DNA of 64,000 nucleotides, from NCBI GenBank assembly GCA_030704615.1, contig CM060733.1:65286001-65350000 (forward strand), in the 5' to 3' direction. Below the pieces are notes generated by a model that was given only the letters and a program-made list of their open reading frames with translations, searched no databases and was not told the origin of the DNA. Numbering within the stretch: position 1 is the first letter of the stretch; each line of letters starts with the position of its first letter. Below are positions 20,975 to 32,229 of the stretch, in pieces. The stretch comes from Takakia lepidozioides (taxonomy: Eukaryota; Plantae; Bryophyta). The position numbers and the translations under genes are program-made.

Positions 20975-21147
20975 CAACCAGCATGTAGCCTAATGGTAAT
21001 GGGCACATACCACGTTGGATGTGGTTGTGGGTTCAAACCACCGTTTGGTGTGTCATGAAGGTGTCCACCTTCCTACTGGAAGGCAGTAGCCCTTCGGGGT
21101 CAAGTGACACCATAAGTTACGCTCCCTTCGGGAGGCGTCATACTTTC
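20975..21147 (+). mobile_element. tRNA-derived SINE with target-site duplication
   Basis: A-box TAGCCTAATGG and B-box GTTCAAACC. Flanked by TGTCTATGGTCGA / TGTCTATTGTCAGA. Absent from the paralogous site at ~34305-34320. Confidence 0.8.
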
Positions 21148-22516
21148 TGTCTATTGTCAGATAGCTGAGTTGCAGGAGGAGGTGATGGGTCTCTAGACTC
21201 AAGTGGAGGACTTGAGTTCAGCCATTGATAAGAGGGAATTTGTTCCTGAGGAACAGTTATTGGCCACATATTTGCAGGCCAAGTCTTTTGCTCTTCAATT
21301 TCCAGTGGAAGGAGGACGGGCCTTACCAGCACAAGGAGGGGGTGCATCGAGTTCACAGCAGCCACAGGCAGCCACCGTGATACCATGACACTGCTGCAAA
21401 CAGTACCTGCTGTTTGGGGTGACTCTTCTTTTAAACCACCTACTACTCCTGCTGATCTGGAATATAGCAGGGCCATGGTTTTTCCCTTCAACCATATTCT
21501 CTTGGTTATGGATCTGGTTTGGAAGGAAATGGGTCATCCTGAGTCCTTGGCACATTATTACCAACTCATGCGCATTTGTTTGTCATTGGCAACTCGGAAC
21601 AAGGTTCTTCCAACTGATAAACCCATTGAGGATCATCATTTTGCACATTGTTGGGCTGAGGCAGGAACAATGCTCAGGGAATTACTTGCCTTCCAGATCA
21701 TTCACGGGTTCATCTACACCAAGACCAGGGAAGTACCTAGTCTTGTTATGGGCTGTGGAAAATATTATGTTGCTTGTTTTGTTTTACGATACCACACAGA
21801 GCAGCAGAAAATGCAGATGAGGTACCAGACTTATTCCAATGGGGAGCATTGGACATTACCTCCAGTTCCAGACCACACGTACCTGTATGATGTGAGACTC
21901 ATGCTTCATGATAAACAACTTTGTGACTGTTTTTTTTTTTGCTCGGAAGGACTTAGACAAACTGGACTGGGACGATCACATTTTCCCCAAGGGGCATGAG
22001 GCCAGGAAGTGGTTGTATTTTTCAAAGGTGATAGGCACGCCACTCAGTTACACAGATGAGGAGCTACGGGCATATACTAATCTTGCCCGACAGAAGGTGG
22101 CACAAGTGTTGTTACATGGTGTTCATGGTAGGCATACATGCTATGCCAGTCAAACTTCCTGAAGTACAGCCGAAGGCCAGGAAACTGAAAGGACAGAGGG
22201 GGGACAATGACTCTAATACCACTGGTTCTGTGGCCACTGACATCCTTGACATGACAAATGAATATGAGAAAGCTATGGCAGACAAGAAAAGATGAGGCTC
22301 TCCTATTCCTGACAGACAACCTCCACCTGATCCCAAAACAGGCCAATTTGCTTCGGCGAGCAGACAGGCATCCCCACCAGCCAAAGGAAAGGCTTGGACT
22401 CATACACAGAGCCCTCATAATGACTCTCAGAAGCATAAGGGTATCCGTTCACAGAGGTTTGCTGATCCTAAATAGTAAACCGTGAGGACATGGCTTTTTG
22501 AGAGGGGAGGGGATAA

Positions 22517-23460
22517 TGTTATAGGGCTGTCTAGGACTTAAATGATTTACGGGTTATGTGGGGTACCCTTAATTTTGCGCAGACATGCCTTTGCTGCCAT
22601 GAACAGACACAGGTCAGTACAGGCCTTAAGGTGCGGCAGACATAGGCCCACATAGGCAGCAGTCACATGCTTACATGGTATCACAGGTGGGGGGGGGGGG
22701 GGGGGGGGGGGTACGACATCTGTGACCTCATAATTGTGCGGTCACAGCCCGTCACAGCGCATCATAGCACCACATAGGTCATAGCCCGACACAGCCGTCA
22801 CAGCACCACACGACACAGCTCGACACAGGTCACAGGGCACTTTTACCACTGGCAGGGAACGGGAACGAGAATGCAGGAACGTCACCATCAAAGGGAACAA
22901 CAGTACAGTACGTACTGTCCTGGATGACAATTAGTTAGTTAGATGGTTAGAACAGCTCGCGGGTAGATTATGCAGAGTAACTATGGTGAGGGGATCACTT
23001 CTTGATCGCATGGACGGGGGAATACATAGAGGAGAGCAGGCGGAGGAGGAGACGATGGAGTGTAGCTTGATGCTTGCAAGTTGTAGAGATGTCATCGTAG
23101 TGTAGACTTAGTGATACGAAAGGCTTCGGCCTATCTTATGACACTGATATTAATGCAGATCTTATCCCCATATGCACATGTGTAGAGAGACCACAAAGAA
23201 GCTGTGGAATGCTTAGATAGAGGTAGAACCATGAACTGGCAGGTTGCATAAGCAACCAGTAACATAACTTTAGACATTAAAGGCTTGAGTCTCTCTTCAT
23301 GAATGTAATCAAAGTAGAGGGAAGAAGAACACCCCCATGATACACTAGCTGTATGTCATGACTGATTGTTCTGAGTGGGCTGAGTACTTAGAGATTTCCA
23401 GCTCTTCTATCTTAGAGTTCCCACCTCGGATAACTAAGGGATAGGTGAGTAAAAGCCGCT
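22517..23460 (+). mobile_element. 3' LTR of family X copy 1 (preceded by PPT GAGAGGGGAGGGGA), end clipped by an adjacent LTR
   Basis: Starts TGTTATAGGG after the PPT. Homologous to 35684-36617 up to AAAAGCCGCT. Confidence 0.8.
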
Positions 23461-24335
23461 TGTTAACCGCTGGTTTATGACTTACACAAAACAAGCTCTC
23501 AGCACTACTGTCCATTTCCCAGACATGCAACAGAAGTTGTCTAACAGTATGCTTTCGGAAACGATTACAGAATAATCGTTTGAAGGATAGCTAAACCATG
23601 GGAGTCATATGAATCAACATCTCTGTAGGTTGCTTGATCTACTGATTAAGCCCGACCTTCAGTCTCATTAGTCTAACAGATCTTAGTCGAAAAGGCTGAA
23701 GCCTCTTTGTTCATACAGCCAAACAGTATACAACACAACCAAGAGCTATTTTGAGATGATGCACATTCTCACTATCTCATGTTCTCTCATAATGCACATT
23801 CTCTCCATCTCACAATCACTCTATACAGAGATACTTGAAATAGCATGGCTTTACTTCAGAGTCATCACATCACAACACAAGTACACATCGAATCACTCTG
23901 ATTCCATTGGATACACACTGATCCCTTCTAAGTTGTGTGCAACCCTTTTATACTATGCTCAAAAGAGCTGTTACAACCTGCGGTCGTTAATGACCGTTGC
24001 CTAACTGCCTACGCAACCTAAAAGGTTTGCCAAAAAAGTGGCCCGTGGTCGTGGTCGTGTGCCTTAGTGGTACACGGCCCACGGTCCCTCACTACTCCTT
24101 CTATTAGTAAAGCCTATGCTACGTCCATGGCCGTGTGATATCGTGGTTCACGGCCCACGGCTGCCCCACTACTGCTCCTCGTGGTAGTGTGTCTCGTGCT
24201 TCGCTGCTGCTAAGTGCCGAGCACTTAGCCTTTTCTGCCTCGTGGCCGAGTAGTGTGAAGTAAATCACTACCTGCCATGTATCCTTGTAGCCTCAGTTGT
24301 CCTGCCCTCGTGGCATTGACGCTTAGCCGTTATCA
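23461..24335 (-). mobile_element. 3' LTR of a related element (family X', opposite orientation)
   Basis: On the minus strand, PPT AAAAGAG(11)ATAAA is followed by TGATA...TAACA termini. Confidence 0.75.
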
Positions 24336-24339
24336 TTTA

Positions 24340-26900
24340 TCCCCCCCCCCCTCTTTTGAAATTGTGTCCGCACAATTTCGTCAGTTCCGGTGTTTGTTGT
24401 GTCTCTTGGGAATGTATGGTGGTGGCATGCCCGTGTGCTGGTTGAGAAGTGTGTCCCAGGATGGTGATGGTCGTGGTGGCAGCTTCTTGTTCTTGTTGTC
24501 ATCATTGTCTGGTTCCTCCTGTGGCTCATGTGTGGGCCAGCTTTCATCATCCGGGTGTTCTGCTACTCCGTCCGTGCATACCATGTCAAATTTGGTGGAC
24601 AAGTTTCTCGGTAGGTTTGCAACTCCTCCTTGGTCCAGGGCACAATGTCTTTGGTCGCCCTGCTGCCCATTAACCAGTTAACTGCTTGTGTCTCTGTCTC
24701 TTTGAAGGGGTGGTCCTTATCCAGTACCAACGGTGAGAAGTGGTCCTTTGCCCGGCGCTATGCTTCAACATATAGTGGTCTGTTCGTATATGCTGAAGTG
24801 TCCGAGACTCTCTCTGGTGGCTGGAAATTGGGTAATTCCTAGTGAGTATCATTGTCAATACTCTCATAGCGCTGCCAGCTTCCCCTCATTGTGATGAACA
24901 TCTTGTACAGGTAGTTGCCAATATAAATACTTGGGCAGCCCATTACCACATCCACTACTAGGGTAGGATTGATCTTCAATTGCCTCACGGCCCACATGTG
25001 ACTACCAGCTCCTTGTACTCTAGGGGAGCCTGGCGCCAGAATTCAACCAATTCTGCCCCTGACCATGTCTCCTCCCTGGCCAATGGCCTCATCCTGTATC
25101 TCAAAGGTATGAGCATTTGATTGAGCAAATGCAATTGGCCCAATGACCTGCAGGGAGTTAAGGCCTTGAAAACCTTCTCTATCATCTTTGGGATCTGGTG
25201 GGCTGGGACTATCATCATTTTAAAGTATTCCTCTGAATACTTCAGCCACTCCCCATCCTGCTTGCATCGCATGATTTGGAAATCATCCACTGCTACTGAA
25301 GTTGATGCCACCAAAACACTTGGTAATGGTACGGGGTTTACCTCCTGAGTAGATGGCCCTGCTGTGGCCTATACCAGTGCCTGTTGACTTTGTGGTGGTT
25401 GTGTTGTTGGTGGTGTTTGTGCTGGTGTTGTTGTTGTTGATTGTATTGGTGCTTCTTATTCATGGTCTTGCTCCTCTTGGTCGTCTTCATCCATGAGCTC
25501 ATCTTGTTCTGGAATTGGTGGCAGGAATTCCTCGTGAATGTCTGTCATCAATTTCGTCAATTGACATTTCATTTGTCTTACCATTGCCCTGTTGAGTCTC
25601 TTCATTTCCAGTTCACTCCTTTCACTCAACCATGCTCAGGCCAAGGCTGCGTCCAGCCCTGCTTGCAGTGTCAGCTTCTCCAGCTGCTGTTTCCATTCTT
25701 GTTCATTGTCTATGGCAATGTCCCTTTCTGTGGTGGCTGTGAACAGCCTGCTTTCAGCATTTTCCCTTTCCCTCAGCAGTACAGTGTTGCATGAGAGCCA
25801 CTTGGTTCCCTGATCTTTGGCAGCCATCAGCTGCCCCTTGAGTGCTTCCACATGCCCCTTGAGTGTCTCCACTTGCCCCGTGAGTATCTCCGTCTTGTGT
25901 TTCGAGATCGTTCTCTTTATGCATCGAGGTTGGCTTGGACATTGTGTGTTTCATCCCTCTATCTTTGCCACTTCTGTTCCCACTCGTCTCAGCGTACTAG
26001 CAAGGTGTTGTACTGGCGAAGCAAAGTAGTCTGTTGATCCTCCAATGCTGCGATTGTAACCTCGTGGTTACATACTGTTCGTGCTACTACCAATTTCCTC
26101 TGGTGTTTTTTCTTTGAGGTGGTCTATGACCATGGTAAGGTTCTCCGGACTTATGTAATCCTTAACTCTGTCCATGTAAGCTGTCACTTGGCCCAACGCT
26201 TGTACTGCCTGCAAAATTGCATTTGGTGGTGCTTCCTCCAAACCCGTGTCCCATGCTGTTGTATCCAGGACGTGCTGTGAGAGTAATAATTCCGGATTGG
26301 AATTATTGTCTTGCTCTTGCTGACCTTGTGTCACTTGCACCACCTGCTGTTGCTGCACAACTATGGCTCCCACCTCTGTTGCTGGTTGTGTGACCTCTGC
26401 AGGTGTTGTTTGGTGGATTTCTGGGTTGGCAGGGGCAATTTCCATGGGTGTCGTTTCATTGGCCTGCGGCTGGTCCCCTCCTTCTGGCTGTTGATTCTCT
26501 CTTTCTCTCTGTAGTGTAGAATCAGCCGTTGAGTTGCAAAGGTTTTCTGCTATTGCACTCGTGGTTGCTTCGTCGATTCGGACCCTCTTTGGAAGTCCGC
26601 CCTCTTTCTCCAATGGTTGTCTTTCCTCATTTTGCCCAGCTACCGTCTTACTTCCTTCCTCCTCCATCGTGTCTGCCCGCTGCATGACTCCTAATGTTGT
26701 TTGCTCTTCGGGTGTCAAGTGCACCGTGTGTCGAATCATTTGGAGCAACAGGGGAGTCAGCATAGTCACTGTTGTTTCCTTCTTGTTCTTTGTCAGCCTG
26801 GTTAATTCTTGGGTCAACTTCTTCAACAAGAAGCCTGCCCAATTCACGATTTACCCGTTGAGGCAAATCAACACCTGGTCGATTAGCTCCTTGGTGCAAT
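24340..26900 (-). mobile_element. Degenerate long unknown ORF, distant homologue of the family X ORF
   Basis: NWAGFLLKKLTQELTRL...TPLLLQMI aligns with AWANMMHKSLVEEMKRL...APIIAQII. EEYFKMMIVPAHQIP...TPCRSLGQ aligns with LEYNRAMIMPFNQIP...SPRESLAH. Coiled-coil middle. Ends at a PPT. Confidence 0.75.
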
Positions 26901-27089
26901 AGCTAAGCAACGTGCTAAGCACCGGGGCTATCTTCTTAAAGTCGGGGTTGTTGCACATTCGGAAAGTGAATGTGTTTACTCATATGCATGAAGAGCTTGT
27001 ACTGGTAAAGAATTGGATTCCCAAGGATATCTTGTAGATTTCGTTAATCGTTCACCTATCGGTGTGTCAATGTACTTGCTAAAGAGACA

Positions 27090-27600
27090 CTCGGGTGTCG
27101 TAAACACAAACTATGTCAATATATTTGCGTATGGTTGACGCACCAACATTGAATCGATCCGCCAGTATGGTTGGGGAAATACCATGTGCGAATCGATAGA
27201 GAACAACAGCTATAATCTTTCCGATCTCTAGTTGTGGTCTTACTTGATTTAAAGCAGTGGACTCAACAAATGGCGTAAAGCTCATCAACCAAATTGTTGA
27301 AAGCCTCAAATGTCATTCTATAATTCCGCAGAAATTTCCTGTCTCTGACCTCAGGTGTAATATGTCAAACTTCTGCTTCTATCAATTCCCAATGCGTGTA
27401 CTGGCTAGGCTCCTTCCACCACAAGCGTGGAGGCCTTCTCTTCTTTCCACAAAGTGCCGCCAAATTGGCAAATACCGATATCCTAGTGACTGCTCATTCT
27501 CTCCCAAAAACTGTTTCGCCCTTGATTTGACAATCATACAATTCCATAAGCTCACAGACATAAGCATCCATATCAAAATGACCTTGCCAATGAACAACCT
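27090..27600 (-). mobile_element. PIF/Harbinger transposase N-terminal fragment
   Basis: FLRNYRMTFEAFDNLVDEL, then (after a frameshift) IIAVVLYRFAHGISPTILADRFNVGASTIRKY, typical of HARBI1-like transposases. Truncated before the DDE core. Confidence 0.75.
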
Positions 27601-27723
27601 CTCCATTGTTTACAAAGAAGCAAATCTATGCTACCCTCATGAGGTATTTTCATTAATGAAGTAGTGGCGTATGTACATTCAAGGAGAGACGTCGAGAGGA
27701 GAGAGACGAAGGAGTGCTACGGT

Positions 27724-27830
27724 GAATTCTTGGCCGACTTCACCCAGTGGATGACTCGTGGGATTTCATTTGCCCACGAATTCTTGGCCGACTTCACCCA
27801 GTGGATGACTCAAGGGATTTCATTTGCCCA
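27724..27830. repeat. 54 bp tandem duplication
   Basis: GAATTCTTGGCCGACTTCACCCAGTGGATGACTC..GGGATTTCATTTGCCCA occurs twice. Confidence 0.9.
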
Positions 27831-27926
27831 TGTGCGTGGTCACTGCGGATATCTGCCCCAATATCCGTTGGGTCCCACAGGGCTGATCCGTTGGCTGATT
27901 AGCCTTGGCCCCTCATGTGCGTAGTA

Positions 27927-30900
27927 CTACACTCCTACCATATTCTTTGTCTGAAAATCCTGGAGACACACGCCTTTTACCCACATTTGTGGTGCACTAT
28001 GTTCCTTGGCTGTCTCCGTCCTCGGGGCCACTTTAGCGTGCAACGAAGTCTTCATCTTGCACACTTCCTTCGGCTCCCTTCGCTTTTGCTTCCATTGCCT
28101 TCCAGTCTGATCTTGCAAGAGCAGAATTTGCCTGCTACTTCTGTTTGTCAACATGCAGCTTGGAAGTCCATAACTATATGTGCATTGCTCTTCCAGGAAT
28201 TGTGAGGTCCTCTTGGCATTGTTTTCCTGCCCGAGTTTCGCCTTCGCCCGTTTTTGAAACGTGATCGATGACAATGATCGCATATGTATTGTCCGTTTTG
28301 GTGCGTAGCAATGGTAGTGTTGTGTTCAGGGCTACCTGGCACAGAAACAACCCGCGTACTGGTGCATTTCTTAGACAAGCTCCTCTCGACCCCAATGGCC
28401 CTGCGATTTTGGCTGGTTGAGCATATTTCTTGAGCCCTTGGTAAGTCAAGCTTCCTTCTTTCCATTTGTCTTTACGCGTGTTTGTGTGTGCCCAACACCT
28501 TTCCTCCCATGTCCACTGCCTACAGATAAGCACGGATGGCAGTTCCTCAGCTCCTCCACATTCTTCCGTCACGGAGTATAGCAATCGCATTTGTAATCCA
28601 GTTGTCATAGCTGCCCCCCAGATGTTCTTCTCTTGATCTCGTGTGCTGCTCGCACTTGACGCTTTATGGTCTTGGCCTTCAGTGCTTGTCGACCCCTTTT
28701 TACTTCCACTGTTTGTAGTTTCATCTCCGCTTGCGAGATTTTGCCCAGTCTCCTTGCCTTCCCGCTCTTCCCTTGTGTGATCATCCTCTTCACTAGTTGG
28801 TGAATCATACCCATGTGCCTTCAAATGCACCTTTCTTTTACGTCTCTCAGATCGTATTAGAACCTGTTGATTCGGGGCAGGTCTCTCTCCTTATTCACCA
28901 TATGTCGTTGCTCCTTGCCAGCCAGCATCCATCGGCAAATATTCCATGCTGCCATCATATTGCTCCACTTACTCATATCTTCAATTGCAGTGACAGTTGC
29001 TTGGTTCGCCCTTTTGTTTACAGCTCGAAGGCCATCCCACACCTGCTCAGCTGCTCTTCTCCTTACTTGGTGTCTTTGTGCCCTCCTTTTGAGCTTGCAC
29101 ATGTTCCATGTTTTCAACCCCTTGTATACAATTTCCAAGGCTTCTTTCTTCATCACTAGGTTCAGTTGTAAGCTCCTTCCGGGTTGATGTGCCACTTGTC
29201 TTTCGAGCAGGCCAGATGTTTGCTCAGCTTCCTTGCTTCTACCTTCGGTGCAGAATTCTTTCCACGAGCTCTGCCCTTTGCACTTCTGAGTTGCAATTCT
29301 CCACAGGTACATGTAGCATACCACTACCATTTGTATTGCCCACGCCATCCAGTTCCACACGCCGTTCTGCCATCCACGCCTTTGCTTTCTCTTTGGATCA
29401 GCTGTTCCTCGCATTGTGAGCTTGGTATTCTTCTCCCGCCTGACAAACCCCTTTGTTTGCCCTCCTTTGTCGCTGGCTGCCTTCTTTGTAAATCTGCCAT
29501 ATGACAATTTATTTTTGCCCTCGCTGTCACTCACAGTTCTAGACTTAACATTGAACATCCTCTGGTCTTGACATACTTGCGGTACATCACTCACTTTAAG
29601 ATGACTTCTCATGACAGAGACTACACGGTGCTTTCTGACATCTCTCTTTCCTTGCAGTAATCAGTCCAGCCGCCTTTCTCTCTTTGCCGTGCCTGAAATC
29701 TTTCTCACAGTCAGACTCTCTCACAATTAAGTGACCCTGCAGTTCTGCCCTAATTTCTTGTAAATCTCGCTCTTGCATTACTCTGTCCTTCCCCTCACTT
29801 TCACATGGTGATTTGTTCTTTCTTGCAGATTGTACACTCCCCTTGGCTACCATTAAGTCTCCCATGTGATCATCCTCATTAGGCTGCCCCTCACTTTTCA
29901 TGTCACTCCATTTCCCACGCACAAGCTTGCCCTTTCTCTCACACTCCATATTCTGCAGGTCTGTGTTCCGAACTCTCCCCATCCTTGCTTGCACAACCCA
30001 TCACGTCATAGGTTTTTTTTTGCTTTCCCCTCTTGTCTTGGTTTCCAATCTGGTTTTGCTTAATTTGCTGGCAGTTGTGATGCTTGTGTGGTGCAGATTT
30101 AATACAAAATCTGCACAGCCCTTCCCTTCTTCCTCCTATCCGTTCACGAGGTATCTTGGTAGCTACAGGCTGTTTTTGGCAAGTCAGTCCTCCCTCTTCA
30201 TTCATCTCACTGTAGAAACTATCATCCTTCAAGCCTGCACCACAATCTCCCGTTTCTTCCCTGTCACTCTCAATCTTTTCTGCTGGCAGATCTCTCTCTT
30301 CAGTTGTCGCCACCAATATGTTCTGATCCTCTTGGTAGTCACTACTGCTTACCCTTTGATCCTTCATGCCAGTTAAACTCTCCAATTTGCAACCATCCAC
30401 TCTGTCATTCTCACATAACAATCTATCCTTCTTTTCAGACTGTCCACATCCCTGGTTTGCAAGAGATCCAACATTGCAGGTCAGTTTATGCTTCCTCTTT
30501 TCGCCTTGGTCTCCAGTCTGGTTGCATCTATTCTCATCCTTCAGATCTGCCTTCACTCCTCTCAAGTTTTGTTGCATGTGGCTGTGTGTAGGCATTGCTG
30601 CCATGGTAGCACTTGAAGCCAGCCTCCTCTTGTCAAGACATCTTTTTTTGACCAACTCGAATGGACACTCTCTCTTGACATGACAGTAAACACACTCTTT
30701 CCCCTTCCCCTTTTCAATTGTGTCATTTGGTGGTTTTGCCCTCACAGAAGTATTCTTGGTGCTCACTAAACCCTCATCGCTGTGACACTTTGGTATTTGT
30801 AACACTTCCTGCAGGCTACCAATCACCTCCTTCAAGTGTTGGTGCTGTACTGTCAACAGTTCCTCACCTCTTTCACTCACAGTCTTGTCCCTTCTCTCGC

Positions 30901-32226
30901 AATCTCTAGCTTTCCAGCCAAGGGTACTCTGCAGGTATGTGTCTTTGTTCTTACTTTCATTGTTTGTGAGAAGCTTCAGGTCGCAGGTCATCTTCTGTTC
31001 TGCCCTTTTCCCTGGTCTCCAGCCTGGTTGCTCTTGCCTTGCTGGTTATTGTGATGCTCGTGTGGCATAAACCTGCAGAATACACACATGTGCTTCTTCC
31101 TTGCTTCCGTATGTTCAAGAATTACCTTGTTGGCTGCGGGTTGGTCTTGGCAGGTCAGATGTTCATCACTGTTCAGCTGAACCATGTGCTTTGCACCATC
31201 CAGGTTAGTTATTCTCCCTTCCTTCTCACATCCCCCTTTTCTGATTCGTGTGTCACTGCCACTTTCATTCTTAATATCATCCTCTTTCTTACAGTCACCA
31301 ACTCCACAGCAAATGGCATCTTGCAGGCCTAGGCTGTCTCTCTCCCTCTGGCTTGCAAGACTCGAGTCCATGTCAAGAGCCGGTTTCTGCGCCCTTGACC
31401 TTGATCTCCAGCCTGATTATGTTCAATGTTTACATCCCTGCAAGATAGGTGTGGCACTTCCTCTGGGCTGTTATCACCACCTATGCACTCATCTCTTGTC
31501 ATAATGTTAGTGACACTGTTGGTGTCCATGGGCTGTTCTTGGCAGGCCTGCAGTCTCTCCCTAGCCTTTTGACAAATGGGGCTAACATCTCCCATGCATC
31601 CTCCCCTTACTTCAGCCTCATCACTCTCTTTCCCTTTCACTTTCTTATGTATGTCACCTTCCTTTGCATCGTTTTACCCATGGAAAAAGTCGAAACCTCA
31701 CCCCTTTTCTTCTGGCATTGCTTTGGTTGGTGCTGCATTCATTGGAGTCCTTCAAGGCACTCCCCACTCCCATGTTTCCCCTTTTGTCATTGCAACTTGC
31801 CGATTCTTGATCTGAAATTGGGTGCTTGGTGGCGTCAACTCCAGTGACACCTCCACCACCATCGAACACCTGCCATTTTGATGCATCCCTTAACCTTCGC
31901 AATGTTGCATCCTGCCAGGCCTCATGTCTCCTAGCTTCTGATTTTACCCTCTCATCTTCCGCAATAGGTATTTGATCAACAGGTGGCAGCAAGTCAGACT
32001 CACCTCCGTTGCCCAGATCATGCAAGGGCATAAGCAACCTGCCATTTCGTTGCGCGTCCTCCACTTCACTTGCATTCCCGTCATTTTTGGGTAAGTCCTC
32101 TTCTACTTTGCTCTTGGTTGTTGGGGTTGCAAGGTATTCAATTGAATCAGCTTGCTTACTGATTGCACCATCATGACCAACTTGAGCATGCAACCACTCC
32201 TTAGCTCCTATGGTTTGATTGCTCAC
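27927..32226 (-). mobile_element. Highly degenerate retroelement-like polyprotein region with internal repeats
   Basis: Chain of same-strand, charged ORFs with repeated Cys/His modules (CVFCRFMPHEHHN, CRFCIKSAPHKHHNC). Integrase-like PLLRTKTDNTYAIIVIDHVSK at ~28255-28330. Confidence 0.5.
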
Positions 32227-32229
32227 ATG

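Larger units (their letters stand above)
18437..22500 (+). mobile_element. Degenerate long unknown ORF at the 3' end of an LTR retrotransposon (family X, copy 1)
   Basis: ORF pieces 18470-19452 and 20530-22485 are collinear with 32230-35650 (e.g. ETSFFKNQGYTC, VPSLVMGCG) and end at the PPT. Interrupted by inserts at ~19450-20500 and 20975-21147. Confidence 0.8.

Noticed and set aside
20980-21050. Functional tRNA gene
   Set aside because: A and B boxes are present but there is no cloverleaf; it is the head of a TSD-flanked SINE.
22689-22711. Long poly-G run (and poly-C at ~39258-39280) as G-quadruplex elements
   Set aside because: Not conserved in the paralogous LTRs; more likely homopolymer slippage or assembly error.
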